Shown here one piece after another: positions 11,363 through 23,123 of a stretch of 64,000 nt of DNA. The notes beneath the pieces are model-generated. The model was given only the letters and a program-made list of their open reading frames with translations. It ran no database searches and was not told the origin of the DNA. The position numbers and the translations under genes are program-made. This DNA comes from Mobula hypostoma (lineage: Eukaryota). The stretch is taken from assembly GCF_963921235.1 (NCBI RefSeq), contig NC_086108.1, forward strand, positions 86,988,001-87,052,000. Direction: 5' to 3'. Within the stretch, counting starts at the first letter, position 1. Each line of letters begins with the position of its first letter.

Positions 11363-11458
11363 CATGAACTATCAGGAAGGTTCTTCATTGATTCGATCTG
11401 TTTTACCAATTACAATGAAGAGGCTGCAACAAGGAACTATTTTCAGTTACTAGAATTA

Positions 11459-12029
11459 CACTCAGTGGCCACTTTATTAGATACCTTCTGTACCTAATAA
11501 AGTGGACACTGAGTGTGTGTTCATGGTTTTGTGCTGCCGTAGACCATCTACTGCAAGGCTTGTGTTGTCGTGAATTCAGAAATGCTCTTCTGCACATCAC
11601 TGTTGTAATGCATGGTTATTTGAGTTACTCTCGCCCTAGTGACAGCTTGAGCCAGTCTGGCCATTCTCCACTAACTTCTCTCATTAACAATGCATTTTAC
11701 CAACAGAACTGCCACTCACTGGATGTTTTATTTTTTTTATTTTCACACCCTTCTCTGTAAACTCTAGAGACTGTTGTGCATGAAAATCTCAGATCAGCAG
11801 TTTCTGGGAGAATCAAACCACCCGGTTTGGCACCAACAATCATTCCACAGTCAAAGTCACCTAGACCACATTTCCTCCCTATTCTGATGTTTGATCTGAA
11901 AAACAAATGAACCTCATGAGCATGTCTGCATGTTTTTGGGCACTGAGTTGCTGTTACGTGATTGGCTGATTAAATATTTGCATTAACCAGCAGATGCACA
12001 AGTGTACCTAATAAAGTGGCCACTGGGTG
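11459..12029 (-). mobile_element. Non-autonomous Tc1/mariner DNA transposon
   Basis: TIRs CACTCAGTGGCCACTTTATTAG / CTAATAAAGTGGCCACTGGGTG with TA on the left. ORF 11697-11906 (LGDFDCGMIVGA...ETADL.FSCTTVSRVYRE) resembles the Tc1 transposase N-terminal HTH. An extra inverted TIR copy lies at ~11490-11515. Confidence 0.85.
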
Positions 12030-13104
12030 CATATAATTAGTATGTGAGAATGGTTAATGCCTCCCAGCTCTATTACCAAATAATGGTGCTGTCATAAAGC
12101 AAAAGAAACTCAAGGAAGTGACAAATAATTAAATATCAAGCACTTGTATGTTCTTTTGTGTATAAATGAAACAAATTAGATTAATGGCAATTTTTTTATT
12201 CCAATGTAGAACAAGAACAAAAGCTGTTAAGTAGACCCAAGAAACTTAGTCTTGCAAAGATATCTATAAAAGACTTCCCATTCTTTTATTTGTATACTGT
12301 ATGACTCATCTATTGATTTTAAAATTGTGTGACCTCGTTGTAATTTCTTTTTGTCAACCAGCATTACTATAGACAGATCTTTGATTTTCTTTGCACTTTT
12401 ATCTCATGTGCCGTGTGCTTCTGTGCAATATCTGTGTGTGACCTATGCAGCAGCAGCTAAAGGAGAAAGGATCATGTCCACATTCAAAGCACAATGGAAT
12501 TTCTCGATAGCCAGTAAGCACCCAAAAACATCTTAATTTAACTTTCTGAGAAATGGGTACATAACCATATGCATGTATTACAATCTGTGTCTAGATAGAG
12601 AGATTGCTGGCCTAGGAGTTTCCTAACCATCATGATGTAGACTTTGTACATTGGTTTTGACAGAAATTGAAGGCTACCATTGATCTGGCTGTGCTCAGAC
12701 TAACCTCTCTCCTGCTAGACTTCTTAATGATGAATGTATTTCCAATATTGACCAGAGCTCTTAAGTGAGCAGCCTGTTGAGTTAGCTCCATGCTCATTTT
12801 AAGCAATGGCTGGAATAAATCTATTAATGTAAGTGTAGTACAACAAATTCTAGGAGCCTTATAATAATTGATCTGTTTCAATGTATATTTGATATCAGCA
12901 CCACTTTTCTATTATCCTGTACAATATGATAGATATCAGAATTATCTGCTAAACATTCTAGAAAGAAATTAACTCACATTTTCACAACATAAAGTTCAAA
13001 AAATCTCAGAGCAATTTCATTAATCACATTCCCCCACATATCCCCCTTTATATTTTTGTCTATTAAATGTCCATCAGCTGATTTTACTACTACTCACTGT
13101 AGAA

Positions 13105-13285
13105 GTATTATCTCCTACAGCCAGTAAACCTACCAATGAGGAAGTGTATAGATTGGGGGAGGAAAGCAGAACGCCAGCTAGTTCCAAGCAGAACGTACAA
13201 ACTCCACAGAGAATGTACCAGGATCAGATCCGTGCCACCAGATTTCCAAGGCAGCAGCTCGACCTGCCGTAACCACTGTGTCACC
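13105..13285 (-). mobile_element. V-SINE/HE1-like SINE fragment
   Basis: agaacgtacaaactccacaga core and tRNA-like head (aaccactgtgtcacc) on the minus strand. Confidence 0.55.
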
Positions 13286-13759
13286 CTGTAGTAATACTTC
13301 AAGACACAATCGCCGTTTCTGTCAACTATGTCTTCTTCAATGGACATTGGTGGTTTGGGGCATTCTGGTCTACTGTAGACATCAACAATCAGTTATGGAC
13401 ATCTGTGGCCTTCGTACCTTTTCACTCACTTTCTACTCCTCCACCTTCATTGTCTTTCAGATACGGACCATCCTGAGTTAAAAGCACCTGATTTATGATC
13501 ATCCCCTATGTTCCAAGAAACATTTGGGAGATGAGGGAATGGATTTGCTGGCTGTTGCAAGTTTGAGGGCATCTTCTGTGTTTATGGGACATGCCCTCTC
13601 TCCCAGTCGGTATAGCCTGTACATAAATCAAGTTTTCTTAAACTGGAGATGACCTGTATAATAATGATAGCGTGGAGCTGATGCAGCAGGTGGTGGCTGA
13701 GGAAATTTAAGGGGAAGCTGAATAAATATGAGAGGAAGGGTAAGAAGGAAAGAATTCTG

Positions 13760-14565
13760 GGGAGACAGCAAAGTCAAGATGGCGCTAAACAGCGACTCCT
13801 TTGTTTGCATCTTCGGAAGCAGCTCTGTTTCTATCTTTGATATCTCTTTTTTCCCTTTTCAAGGTTCTTTTGAAGACCCTGACCTGGAGTTACACTCAGA
13901 CTTTGGTTCTTTGTGGGAATGGGACCCGCTCTGAGGGCCTCACGGCCGGCCGCTTTTTGATATCTCAAGGACACGGCCTGGAAGACTAGCGCACCTTCAG
14001 GGTGCCGGATTTTCATGGCTTTGGAGACAGGCTGATTCAAGGCTGGTGCCCCTGACTGAGCATCGCAGGAGAACATGGAACATCGGGAGCTGCGTGTCCA
14101 GAGACCTGAGCTGATTCTCTGGGCACAGAGCTCGGGAAAAGCGACACTACAGACTTTTAACATCATAAATCAGTTGTTATGTCTCCCCTCTCGCTGTGAA
14201 ATGGGAACCTCTTTTTTCCTTATTAGGGAGAGAGAGAGCCTGTGGTATGTCAAATTACTGGGTGAATGAGACGTCTTTGGGATACTGCAAGTCTGTGTCT
14301 TTATTGGTGATGCTTTGCTGCACGCTTGCATGGTCGGTGGAGGGCACCAATGCTTTTTTTTGCTGGTGAGGGAGGGTGGGTTTGTTGCTTTGCTGCTGCT
14401 TATGTGTGGGAGGGGGGAGCTTGGGGGGGCTTTGGGGTTCCAACATTTAACAATTATTCATTCTTTGGGGCACTCCTCTGTTTTCATGGATGTTTGCAAA
14501 GAAAAAGAATTTCAGGATGTATATTGTATACATTTCTCCGACATAATGTACCTATTGAACCTATT
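13760..14565 (+). mobile_element. Non-coding, probably non-autonomous LINE-derived element with a CAAGATGGCG 5' motif
   Basis: CAAGATGGCG (YY1-type) at 13775-13784 and a short repeated tail (cctattgaacctatt). Its 3' half resembles ~49640-49830 plus ~52130-52300. Confidence 0.55.
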
Positions 14566-14669
14566 ACATGACGGGTACTGGAGGGGGTTCAAATACATGG
14601 ACTAGTTTGTTTGAATGGCAGGGTTCTGTACTTTGCATGATGTGCAGATCAGTTGTATTTTGCTAGAGT

Positions 14670-15360
14670 CACTAAAAGCTCTACAGCTGTTCCGTGGAGA
14701 GCATTCTAACTAGTTGTGTCACCATCTGGTATGAAGGGGCCACTGCACAGGATCAGAAAAAGCAGCAGAAAGTTCCAAACTAGGCAAGCTCCATCACGGG
14801 CACTAGCCCCCTCAGCATCAAGGAACCCTTCAAAAGGCGATGCCTCTAACGGTCTGCAGTCATCATTAAAAACTTCACTTCACCCAGGACATGCCCTTTT
14901 CTCACTACTACCATCAAGGAAGAGGTACAGGAGGCTGAAGACACACACTCTTGCTTTAGGAACAGCTTCTTGCCATTCAACATCAGATTTCTGAATGGGC
15001 AATGAACCCATGAACACTACCTCACTATTTTTTGTGCTATTTACACATATATATAACTTATATAACCATATCAATCTCACTGTTCCTTTGGGTTTATCAG
15101 AAGCATGGAGAGGAGGAGCTTGCTACATTGGCAACAGCTTGCTCTCCTTGTTGTACTGCCCAGGTTCACATACCTAGACAGCTAGGAAGCACCATCCGTA
15201 GTTGACCCTAACTGACGGAGACCACATATATACTTATTTGTATATATTCTTATTGAAATTTATAGTTTTATATTATCATATATATTGCACTGTACTGCTG
15301 CCGCAAAACAACAAATTTCATGACGTATGCCAGTGATATTTAATCTGATTCTGATCTTGA
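14670..15360 (+). mobile_element. Rex1/Babar-like (or L2-group) LINE 3' fragment with a nested short SINE-like piece (~15078-15225)
   Basis: HPGHALFSLLPS.KRYR.LKTHT motif and (TGATTC)n tail; a homologous copy at 35530-36035 lacks the insert. Confidence 0.7.
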
Positions 15361-16169
15361 TTCATTTACAGAGTCTTTGCTCCAGGGAGATACTTGAATA
15401 GTAATAGTAGAAAGTAGCAATCAGATTAATATCTGATATAGTCACTACTTATATATCAGACCACACTGACAAAATCAGCAAAGAGTGAATCTCAACCAAG
15501 TAAAGTAGCAAGTAATTGCCATGGACATATGCGAATATTAGTGATATCTTCACAAGGGAAGAAACCTTTCCTGTGCTACTCTTGGTTAGCAGCAGAGATT
15601 TTATGATTTGTTGTAAATTATCAGTCATTGTAACAATACAGGTTGATTGTAATGAGTGGCAACTACAATCACATAAAACAACCTAAAGGTACATATGAAA
15701 AAGGCAGCTCAAAATGGCAGGAACATTTAAAAAAGATCAACTATATTCTTCAAAGATTGTTAGAAAAGGAGAGTAAATTTAAAAGGAAGTAATTAAGATA
15801 ATTAACAAAATGCAATGTTTTATATCTGAGGGAATCATGGAGAGGGGTTCAATCTGGAAAAGTGATGCTGATGTAAAAGATCTGACATGATTTTATTGAA
15901 TGGTAGAACAGCAAATGTGGCCAAATACTCCACCCCTTTGTTTGGAGTACAATGGGAGTTAGACCTGGGAATACACAAGCACAGAATACGTAATAATCCT
16001 GGCAAATATCATTTTTTATTTTACAGGTGAAATCGGGGTAGAAGAGAATCTCATAAACTTGTTTCAACATGGCTATTAACAACAACTGCTGGCAAATAAC
16101 ATCTGTCTACAACATCATTGGCCTGCACAGAATTGCAGCAGCTTTTAGGGTGGTAACAGAATATAGGGC

Positions 16170-16972
16170 TACACACTTGTCTGCTCCAGCAAACCAGTGA
16201 CACAAACAGTTAGAGCTCAGGGCCACACACTAATCTGCTCCAACATCCAGGGACACGAGCAGTCAGAGTTTAGGGCTACACACTATAAACTGCTTCATCG
16301 CTCAATGACACGAACAGTCAGAGCTCAGGCCGCACACTAATCTGCTCCAATGACCAGTGACAGAGTCAGAGCTCAAATCAACACACTAATCTGCTCCAAT
16401 GACCAGTGACACAGTTAGAGCTCAAATCAACACACTAATCTGCCCCAATGACCAGTGATGCAGTCAGAGCTCAAATCAACACACTAATCTGCTCCAATGA
16501 CCAGTGACAGAGTCAGAGGTCAAATCAACACACTAATCTGCTCCAATGACCAGTGACACAGTTAGAGCTCAAATCAACACACTAATCTGCTCCAATGACC
16601 AGTGACAGAGTCAGAGCTCAAATCAACACACTAATCTGCTCCAATGACCAGAGACACAGTTAGAGCTCAAATCAACACACTAATCTGCTCCAATGACCAG
16701 TGACACAGTTAGAGCTCAAATCAACACACTAATCTGCCCCAATGACCAGTGACAGAGTCAGAGCTCAAATCAACACACTAATCTGCTCCAATGACCAGTG
16801 ACAGAGTCAGAGCTCAAATCAACACACTAATCTGCTCCAATGACCAGTGACAGAGTCAGAGGTCAAATCAACACACTAATCTGCTCCAATGACCAGTGAC
16901 AGAGTCAGAGCTCAAATCAACACACTAATCTGCCCCAATGACCAGAGACACAGTCTGACCTCAAGGCCACAC
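16170..16972 (+). repeat. 49-bp minisatellite, ~13 near-identical units plus ~3 diverged units on the left
   Basis: Unit CACACTAATCTGCTCCAATGACCAGTGACAGAGTCAGAGCTCAAATCAA starts at 16382, 16431, 16480 and so on (period 49). Confidence 0.97.
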
Positions 16973-17314
16973 TCTGTATGACGCATTCATGTAATCATCA
17001 CCCTCAATGAAACAGCTCCATTCATTTGTCAAATTTATGACTTTCAGGCTTATTCTTTCACACCCACATGAGAAATTCTGGAAGGACTAGGGGCAGGTAG
17101 TATACAGGACAGGAGGTTCACTGGAGCAGTGATAAATAGTCCAACTGGGAGCGGTGACAATGAGAAGTACATTAGTCTCCCCAATTAGTGGTAAAGAAAC
17201 AGGAGCTTGCAGGTACCTGTGCCATAACTTCAGCTATCTCTAACACATATCTGTTAACTTATTTCATCATCATCTGAACTCTGAGAAGATGATTGTTAAT
17301 GTTTCCATATTATC

Positions 17315-17600
17315 TTGTGACAGAAAGAGGCCATTTGGCCCTTTGAATCTATGGTAGCTCTCAGAACAATTGCATCTCCCCACTTGTTTCCCACTATCAT
17401 ATTCTCTCTCACACACCCATTAGTTCCAGCCACCCCCACTAATCCTACCAACCAGAATGCCTTTGGGATGTGGAAGAAAACCTGGTGGACATGCACAATA
17501 TTACATAAAAACGTGTAAACTGCACATAGATCACACTCAGTGTTAAAGGGTTGAACCCAGGTCAGTGGAGGTGTGAGACAGTTGGCCCTAGTTGCCCTAG
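17315..17600 (-). mobile_element. Decayed V-SINE-like element with a CR1-type 3' tail
   Basis: gaggccatttggccc tail hairpin; ctttgggatgtggaagaaaacctgg..aaactgcacataga core. Confidence 0.5.
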
Positions 17601-18829
17601 TGGATCCTTTTAGAACAACACTGACTTTGCACTGTCTAAATTGTCTTTCTTTTGCCTTCCAAGAGCTCCTTTACATGGAGCAACAATCTACAGCTGATGC
17701 CGCTGAGGTTGTAGTTTTTTTTAACTGAGGCTGCAACTGTCCGCGGAGACCCCTAGCCAGGATTTCACATGGGTATTTAGGACAAGACTGAGCATAAGCA
17801 GACTCTGGTGGCAGGAAGAGCTGTGCGCTGCGAACACAATCCTCTCAGGATGTCACATAGCTCTTGTCTTCTAGAAATAAATCTAGCTGGATCTCAAGAG
17901 TCTTTGTTGAGAAGGAAGATGATAACTAGCCAGCAGAATAGATATGCCATGCACATTCTAGATAATAACAGAAAGGACAAGGCAGTCCCATTTAAACATA
18001 GTGGATTGGCATCACAGGACATTAGGAGACTATTTTAATTTCCATCGAGATTTAAATACATCTCCTCAATGAGACCAGACAGATGATGCCAACCTTTGGA
18101 ACATTGTTTCTGCTAGTTTACACAGAATGACAAATATAGCCTTGCAGCATAACACTAATCATCTCCAAGCCGATCTCCAGCAGGATGGTGGATGTGATAT
18201 GGCACTGCTTCCGGACATGACTACTGCAAGAATCTCTGGCAGCAAAGGTTAAGCAGGATACTTTGCACACAGTGAACCCTATTATTTCACCTTGTCTTTT
18301 CTCCCTTTACTGTGATTTGAGGCAGTGTAGCATAGATTTATCTGAACTTTTCAGAGTTAAATTACGCTCCCTACATTCTCAACCCCCCCACCAACACCCC
18401 GTGCAGCATTAGCTGACGTCTTCCTCCCTGTTTGTGTTTTCTGGAATAGTTAAGAGGTGATTTGAAAGTAGTTTTCAGAATAGTGCAGGGAACCCAAAAA
18501 GTAGACAGAGAGAAGGTGTTTCCATTTGTTGGGGACAGAAAGAGGGAAGATGGCACAATAAAATTAGATGAGTTGACTAGAAGCAAATCTGTGCAGAGCT
18601 GGTAAAAGTCTGGACTAAAGGCAAGGATGTCACAACCTCCAATCGGTCCTTGTGGAGTAAGTTTTCATAAAAGTGACCACTCCACAGTCCTTAAACACTG
18701 AGATCATTTTTCCTTGTGTTACGAGACATTACATTTATTAATTTATTGAGATACAGTGTTGAATAGGCCCTTCTGGTCCTTTGGGCCAGGCAGTTCAGCC
18801 AGCCGTCGATTTAACCCTAGCCTAATCAT

Positions 18830-21592
18830 AGAAACATACATAGAAACATAGAAAATAGGTGCAGGAGTAGGCCATTCGGCCCTTCGAGCCTGCACCGCCA
18901 TTTATTATGATCATGGCTGATCATCCAACTCAGAACCCCGCCCCAGCCTTCCCTCCATACACCCTGACCCCCGTAGCCACAAGGGCCATATCTAACTCCC
19001 TCTTAAATATAGCCAATGAACTGGCCTCAACAGTTTCCTGTGGCAGAGAATTCCACAGATTCACCACTCTCTGTGTGAAGAAGTTTTTCCTAATCTCGGT
19101 CCTAAAAGGCTTCCCCTCTATCCTCAAACTGTGACCCCTCGTTCTGGACTTCCCCAACATCGGGAACAATCTTCCTGCATCTAGCCTGTCCAATCCCTTT
19201 AGGATCTTATACGTTTCAATAAGATCCCCCCTCAATCTTCTAAATTCCAACAAGTACAAGCCCAGTTCATACAGTCTTTCTTCATATGAAAGTCCTGCCA
19301 TCCCAGGAATCAATCTGGTGAACCTTCTTTGTACTCCCTCTATGGCAAAGATGTCTTTCCTCAGATTAGGGGACCAAAACTGCACACAATACTCCAGATG
19401 TGGTCTCACCAAGGCCTTGTACAACTGCAGTAGTACCTCCCTGCTCCTGTACTCGAATCCTCTCGCTATAAATGCCAGCATACCATTCACCTTTTTCACC
19501 GCCTGCTGTACCTGCATGCCCACTTTCAATGACTGGTGTATAATGACACCCAGGTCTCGTTGCACCTCCCCTTTTCCTAATCGGCCACCATTCAGATAAT
19601 AATCTGTTTTCCTATTTTTGCCACCAAAGTGGATAACTTCACATTTATCCACATCAAATTGCATCTGCCATGAGTTTGCCCACTCACCCAACCTATCCAA
19701 GTCACCCTGCATCCTCTTAGCATCCTCCTCACTGCTAACACTGCCACCCAGCTTCGTGTCATCCGCAAACTTGGAGATGCTGCATTTAATTCCCTCATCC
19801 AAGTCATTAATATATATTGTAAACAACTGGGGTCCCAGCACTGAGCCTTGCGGTACCCCACTAGTCACCGCCTGCCATTCTGAAAAGGTCCCGTTTATTC
19901 CCACTCTTTGCTTCCTGTCTGCTAACCAATTCTCCACCCACACCAATACCTTACCCCCAATACCGTGTGCTTTAAGTTTGCACACTAATCTCCTGTGTGG
20001 GACCTTGTCAAAAGCCTTTTGAAAATCCAAATATACCACATCCACTGGTTCTCCCCTATCCACTCTACTAGTTACATCCTCAAAAAATTCTATGAGATTC
20101 GTCAGACATGATTTTCCTTTCACAAATCCATGCTGACTTTGTCCGATCATTTCACCGCTTTCCAAATGTGCTGTTATCACATCCTTGATAACTGACTCCA
20201 GCAGTTTCCCCACCACCGACGTTAGGCTAACTGGTCTATAATTCCCTGGTTTCTCTCTCCCTCCTTTTTTAAAAAGTGGGGTTACATTAGCCACCCTCCA
20301 ATCCTCAGGAACTAGTCCAGAATCTAATGAGTTTTGAAAAATTATCACTAATGCATCCACTATTTCTTGGGCTACTTCCTTAAGCACTCTAGGATGCAGA
20401 CCATCTGGCCCTGGGGATTTATCTGCCTTCAATCCCTTCAATTTACCTAACACCACTTCCCTACTAACATGTATTTCACTCAGTTCCTCCATCTCACTGG
20501 ACCCTCTGTCCCCTACTATTTCTGGAAGATTATTTATGTCCTCCTTAGTGAAGACAGAACCAAAGTAATTATTCAATTGGTCTGCCATGTCCTTGCTCCC
20601 CATAATCAATTCACCTGTTTCTGTCTGCAGGGGACCTACATTTGTCTTTACCAGTCTTTTCCTTTTTACATATCTATAAAAGCTTTTACAGTCCGTTTTT
20701 ATGTTCCCCGCCAGTTTTCTCTCATAATCTTTTTTCCCCTTCCTAATTAAGCCCTTTGTCCTCCTCTGCTGAACTCTGAATTTCTCCCAGTCCTCAGGTG
20801 AGCCACTTTCTCTGGCTAATTTGTATGCTACTTCTTTGGAAATGATACTATCCCTAATTTCTCTTGTCAGCCACGGGTGCACTACCTTCCTTGATTTATT
20901 CTTTTGCCAAACTGGGATGAACAATTGTTGTAGTTCATCCATGCAACCTTTAAATGCTTGCCATTGCATATCCACCGTCAATCCTTTAAGTGTCATTTGC
21001 CAGTCTATCTTAGCTAATTCACGTCTCATACCTTCAAAGTTACCCCTCTTTAAGTTCAGAACCTTTGTTTCTGAATTAACTATGTCACTCTCCATCTTAG
21101 TGAAGAATTCCACCATATTATGTTCACTCTTACCCAAGGGGCCTCTCACGACAAGATCGCTAATTAACCCTTCCTCATTGCTCAAAACCCAGTGCAGAAT
21201 AGCCTGCTCTCTAGTTGGTTCCTCGACATATTGGTTCAAAAAACCATCCCGCATACATTCCAAGAAATCTCTTCCTCAGCACCTTTTCCAATTTGGTTCA
21301 CCCAGTCTACATGTAGATTGAAGTCACCCATTATAACTGCTGTTCCTTTATTGCACACATTTCTAATTTCCTGTTTAATACCATCTCCGACCTCAGTACT
21401 ACTGTTAGGTGGCCTGTACACAACTCCCACCAGCGTCTTCTGCCCCTTAGTGTTACGCAGCTCTACCCATATCGATTCCACATCTTCCCGGCTTATGTCC
21501 TTCCTTTCTATTGCGTTAATCTCTCCTTTAACCAGCAACACCACCCCACCTCCCCTTCCTTCATGTCTATCCCTCCTGAATATTGAATATTG
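18830..21592 (-). mobile_element. Young CR1 LINE, 5'-truncated in the endonuclease; ORF2 broken by one frameshift
   Basis: TSD AATCAT at 18824-18829 and 21593-21598. ORF 21236-21619 has APE endonuclease motifs (RRDR..GRGGGV, GVVYRPP, IMGDFN). Tail is (TTCTATGT)n. Confidence 0.97.
18930..21263 (-). CDS. CR1 ORF2 reverse transcriptase (777-aa open fragment)
   Basis: KSPGPDG, NYRPVSLTSVVGK, QHGF, YLDFQKAFDKV, SGVPQGSVLGP, KFADDTK. Confidence 0.95.
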   Translation of the reverse strand: MECMRDGFLNQYVEEPTREQAILHWVLSNEEGLISDLVVRGPLGKSEHNMVEFFTKMESDIVNSETKVLNLKRGNFEGMRRELAKIDWQMTLKGLTVDMQWQAFKGCMDELQQLFIPVWQKNKSRKVVHPWLTREIRDSIISKEVAYKLARESGSPEDWEKFRVQQRRTKGLIRKGKKDYERKLAGNIKTDCKSFYRYVKRKRLVKTNVGPLQTETGELIMGSKDMADQLNNYFGSVFTKEDINNLPEIVGDRGSSEMEELSEIHVSREVVLGKLKGLKADKSPGPDGLHPRVLKEVAQEIVDALVIIFQNSLDSGLVPEDWRVANVTPLFKKGGREKPGNYRPVSLTSVVGKLLESVIKDVITAHLESGEMIGQSQHGFVKGKSCLTNLIEFFEDVTSRVDRGEPVDVVYLDFQKAFDKVPHRRLVCKLKAHGIGGKVLVWVENWLADRKQRVGINGTFSEWQAVTSGVPQGSVLGPQLFTIYINDLDEGIKCSISKFADDTKLGGSVSSEEDAKRMQGDLDRLGEWANSWQMQFDVDKCEVIHFGGKNRKTDYYLNGGRLGKGEVQRDLGVIIHQSLKVGMQVQQAVKKVNGMLAFIARGFEYRSREVLLQLYKALVRPHLEYCVQFWSPNLRKDIFAIEGVQRRFTRLIPGMAGLSYEERLYELGLYLLEFRRLRGDLIETYKILKGLDRLDAGRLFPMLGKSRTRGHSLRIEGKPFRTEIRKNFFTQRVVNLWNSLPQETVEASSLAIFKRELDMALVATGVRVYGGKAGAGF

Positions 21593-21959
21593 AATCATGG
21601 GACAGTCTACAATGACCAATTAACCTACCAACCAGTATGCCTTTAGACTCTGAGAGGAAACTGGAAGCACCAGGAGGAAACCTCTGCAATCACAGGAGAA
21701 CGTATAGACTCCTTACAGACAGCGGTAGAAAAGATCCCGGGTTGCCTGTACCCTAAAGTGTTGTGCTAAGCACTGTGCTACCATGCCGTCTTACCAACCC
21801 CTTTATTTCCTCAGGAGGCTAAAGACAGAAACCAGTATCTCCTCTATGGACTCTGGCTGTAATGTACTAACGCATGGTTCCCATCTCCCTGCAACTCTAG
21901 TTTAATCACTCCCCACCCCCCCCCCATCCCTGCAGCACTAAGTGATGCCTTCCTCCCTG

Positions 21960-22085
21960 TATCCGTCAATCCTGATGCAGGGTCTCAATCTGAAATGTTG
22001 ACTATTCATTTTCCTCTTGACCTCTAAGCTTCTCCAGCAGTTTCCTTCTTGCTCCAAATTCTAGCATCTGTAGTCTTTTGTTTTT
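21960..22085 (+). mobile_element. Penelope terminal-repeat fragment with a decayed hammerhead
   Basis: CCTGATGCAGGGTCTCAATCTGAAATGTTGACT...ctccagca...agcatctgtag. Confidence 0.6.
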
Positions 22086-22264
22086 CCACCATAACTAAGA
22101 ATTTCTTTCAGAAAACTTCATATCACAGTATATTAGGTATCTTATAAAGAGTCAATGTTCACTTTATTATTTGCCTGAAAGTTTGCCCATTTTTCATTGC
22201 TGCTCACTGATAATTTTTTTGTGTTATTTCATATGGCATTTGTCACATTCTTCTGAGTAAACTA

Positions 22265-22635
22265 ATTCTAGGTTCAAAGTCCATTCCTTAAATTTATGTG
22301 CAGAAGTCTGGACTGACTAGTGCACTAATGATGGAATACAACTCCTTCAATGGAGTGCTTAGATGATGTTCAACTGCTCTTCGTGGTGATGCAGAAGGTC
22401 CCAAAAATCCCAATTTAAAAGGACAAGGAGAATTATCATTAAGTGTTTAGCTTAATATTTATAGGTCAAGCAACATCACAATTACAGATTATCTCATCGT
22501 ATCACGTTTCTCTTCGTGGGAACTTGCTGTGCACAAATTTGTATTTGTATCCTGCACATAGTGCATTGGAAGTGCTTCATTAGTGATTAAATTGGCTTGA
22601 AACGATGAAAGATCCGTTTAAGTGCAGCTTTTATT
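22265..22635 (+). mobile_element. Ancient Deu-domain SINE (SacSINE1/AmnSINE1-like), degraded
   Basis: AATATTTAT..CAACATCAC..ACAGATTATCT..ATCAC..GTGGGAACTTGCTGTGCACAAATT..GTGCTTCATT matches the Deu domain and tail as I recall them. Confidence 0.65.
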
Positions 22636-23123
22636 TAAAAATAAGTCTTATTACTTAACCTAATTGCATTACTTTAATGCTTTATATTAAGATTTTGTGC
22701 ACAAAAAATGGACTGTTTACAGACCATGTAAAATAAATAGAAGTTCGTCCAATTTTTTTAAACAGCATAAATTGAATTTAAGTTAGAATTATAGACTTAT
22801 AAAATATTTAATGCAGGAAAAAAAGCCTTTTGGCTATTTGTATTAAAAGAAGCATGACTTTATTACTTGTTATTCTTGGTACAAATCTTGATGCTATTGT
22901 CTTTATAGTTGCTTCTGTTTGTCATATCAAGGTACTTGGTGGTGTTGTGCAATGACCAGACTATTATTTTTTATTCCTCCTGTGCTTACACAAAATTGCA
23001 ACAGTTGCAACAAGTGTGGCAGCACCTCCTTCTCCCTCCACTCACCTGCCTCACAGTAAAATTAGTCCAGATAATTATCGGAAGATTTAATGGAGACAGA
23101 ATCAGGATTTACCAAAAGGTATA

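Larger units (their letters stand above)
18735..21790 (-). mobile_element. V-SINE-like element split by a young CR1 (halves ~18735-18829 and 21593-~21790)
   Basis: The two halves join seamlessly (taaccctagcctaatcat|gggacagtctacaatgaccaattaacctacc...ggagaacgtatagactcc). Confidence 0.7.

Noticed and set aside
16170..16972. CRISPR-like regular array
   Set aside because: The units are contiguous near-identical 49-mers with no unique spacers, no cas genes are present, and the context is vertebrate.
18930..21263. RT as part of a retron, DGR or other prokaryotic system
   Set aside because: The motifs, upstream APE endonuclease, 3' microsatellite tail and TSD identify a CR1 LINE.
19318..21593. Antisense ORFs of 90-170 aa over CR1 copies (also 38695-39399 and 54868-55572)
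   Set aside because: These are expected antisense shadows of the CR1 ORF2 and recur only because the element is repeated.
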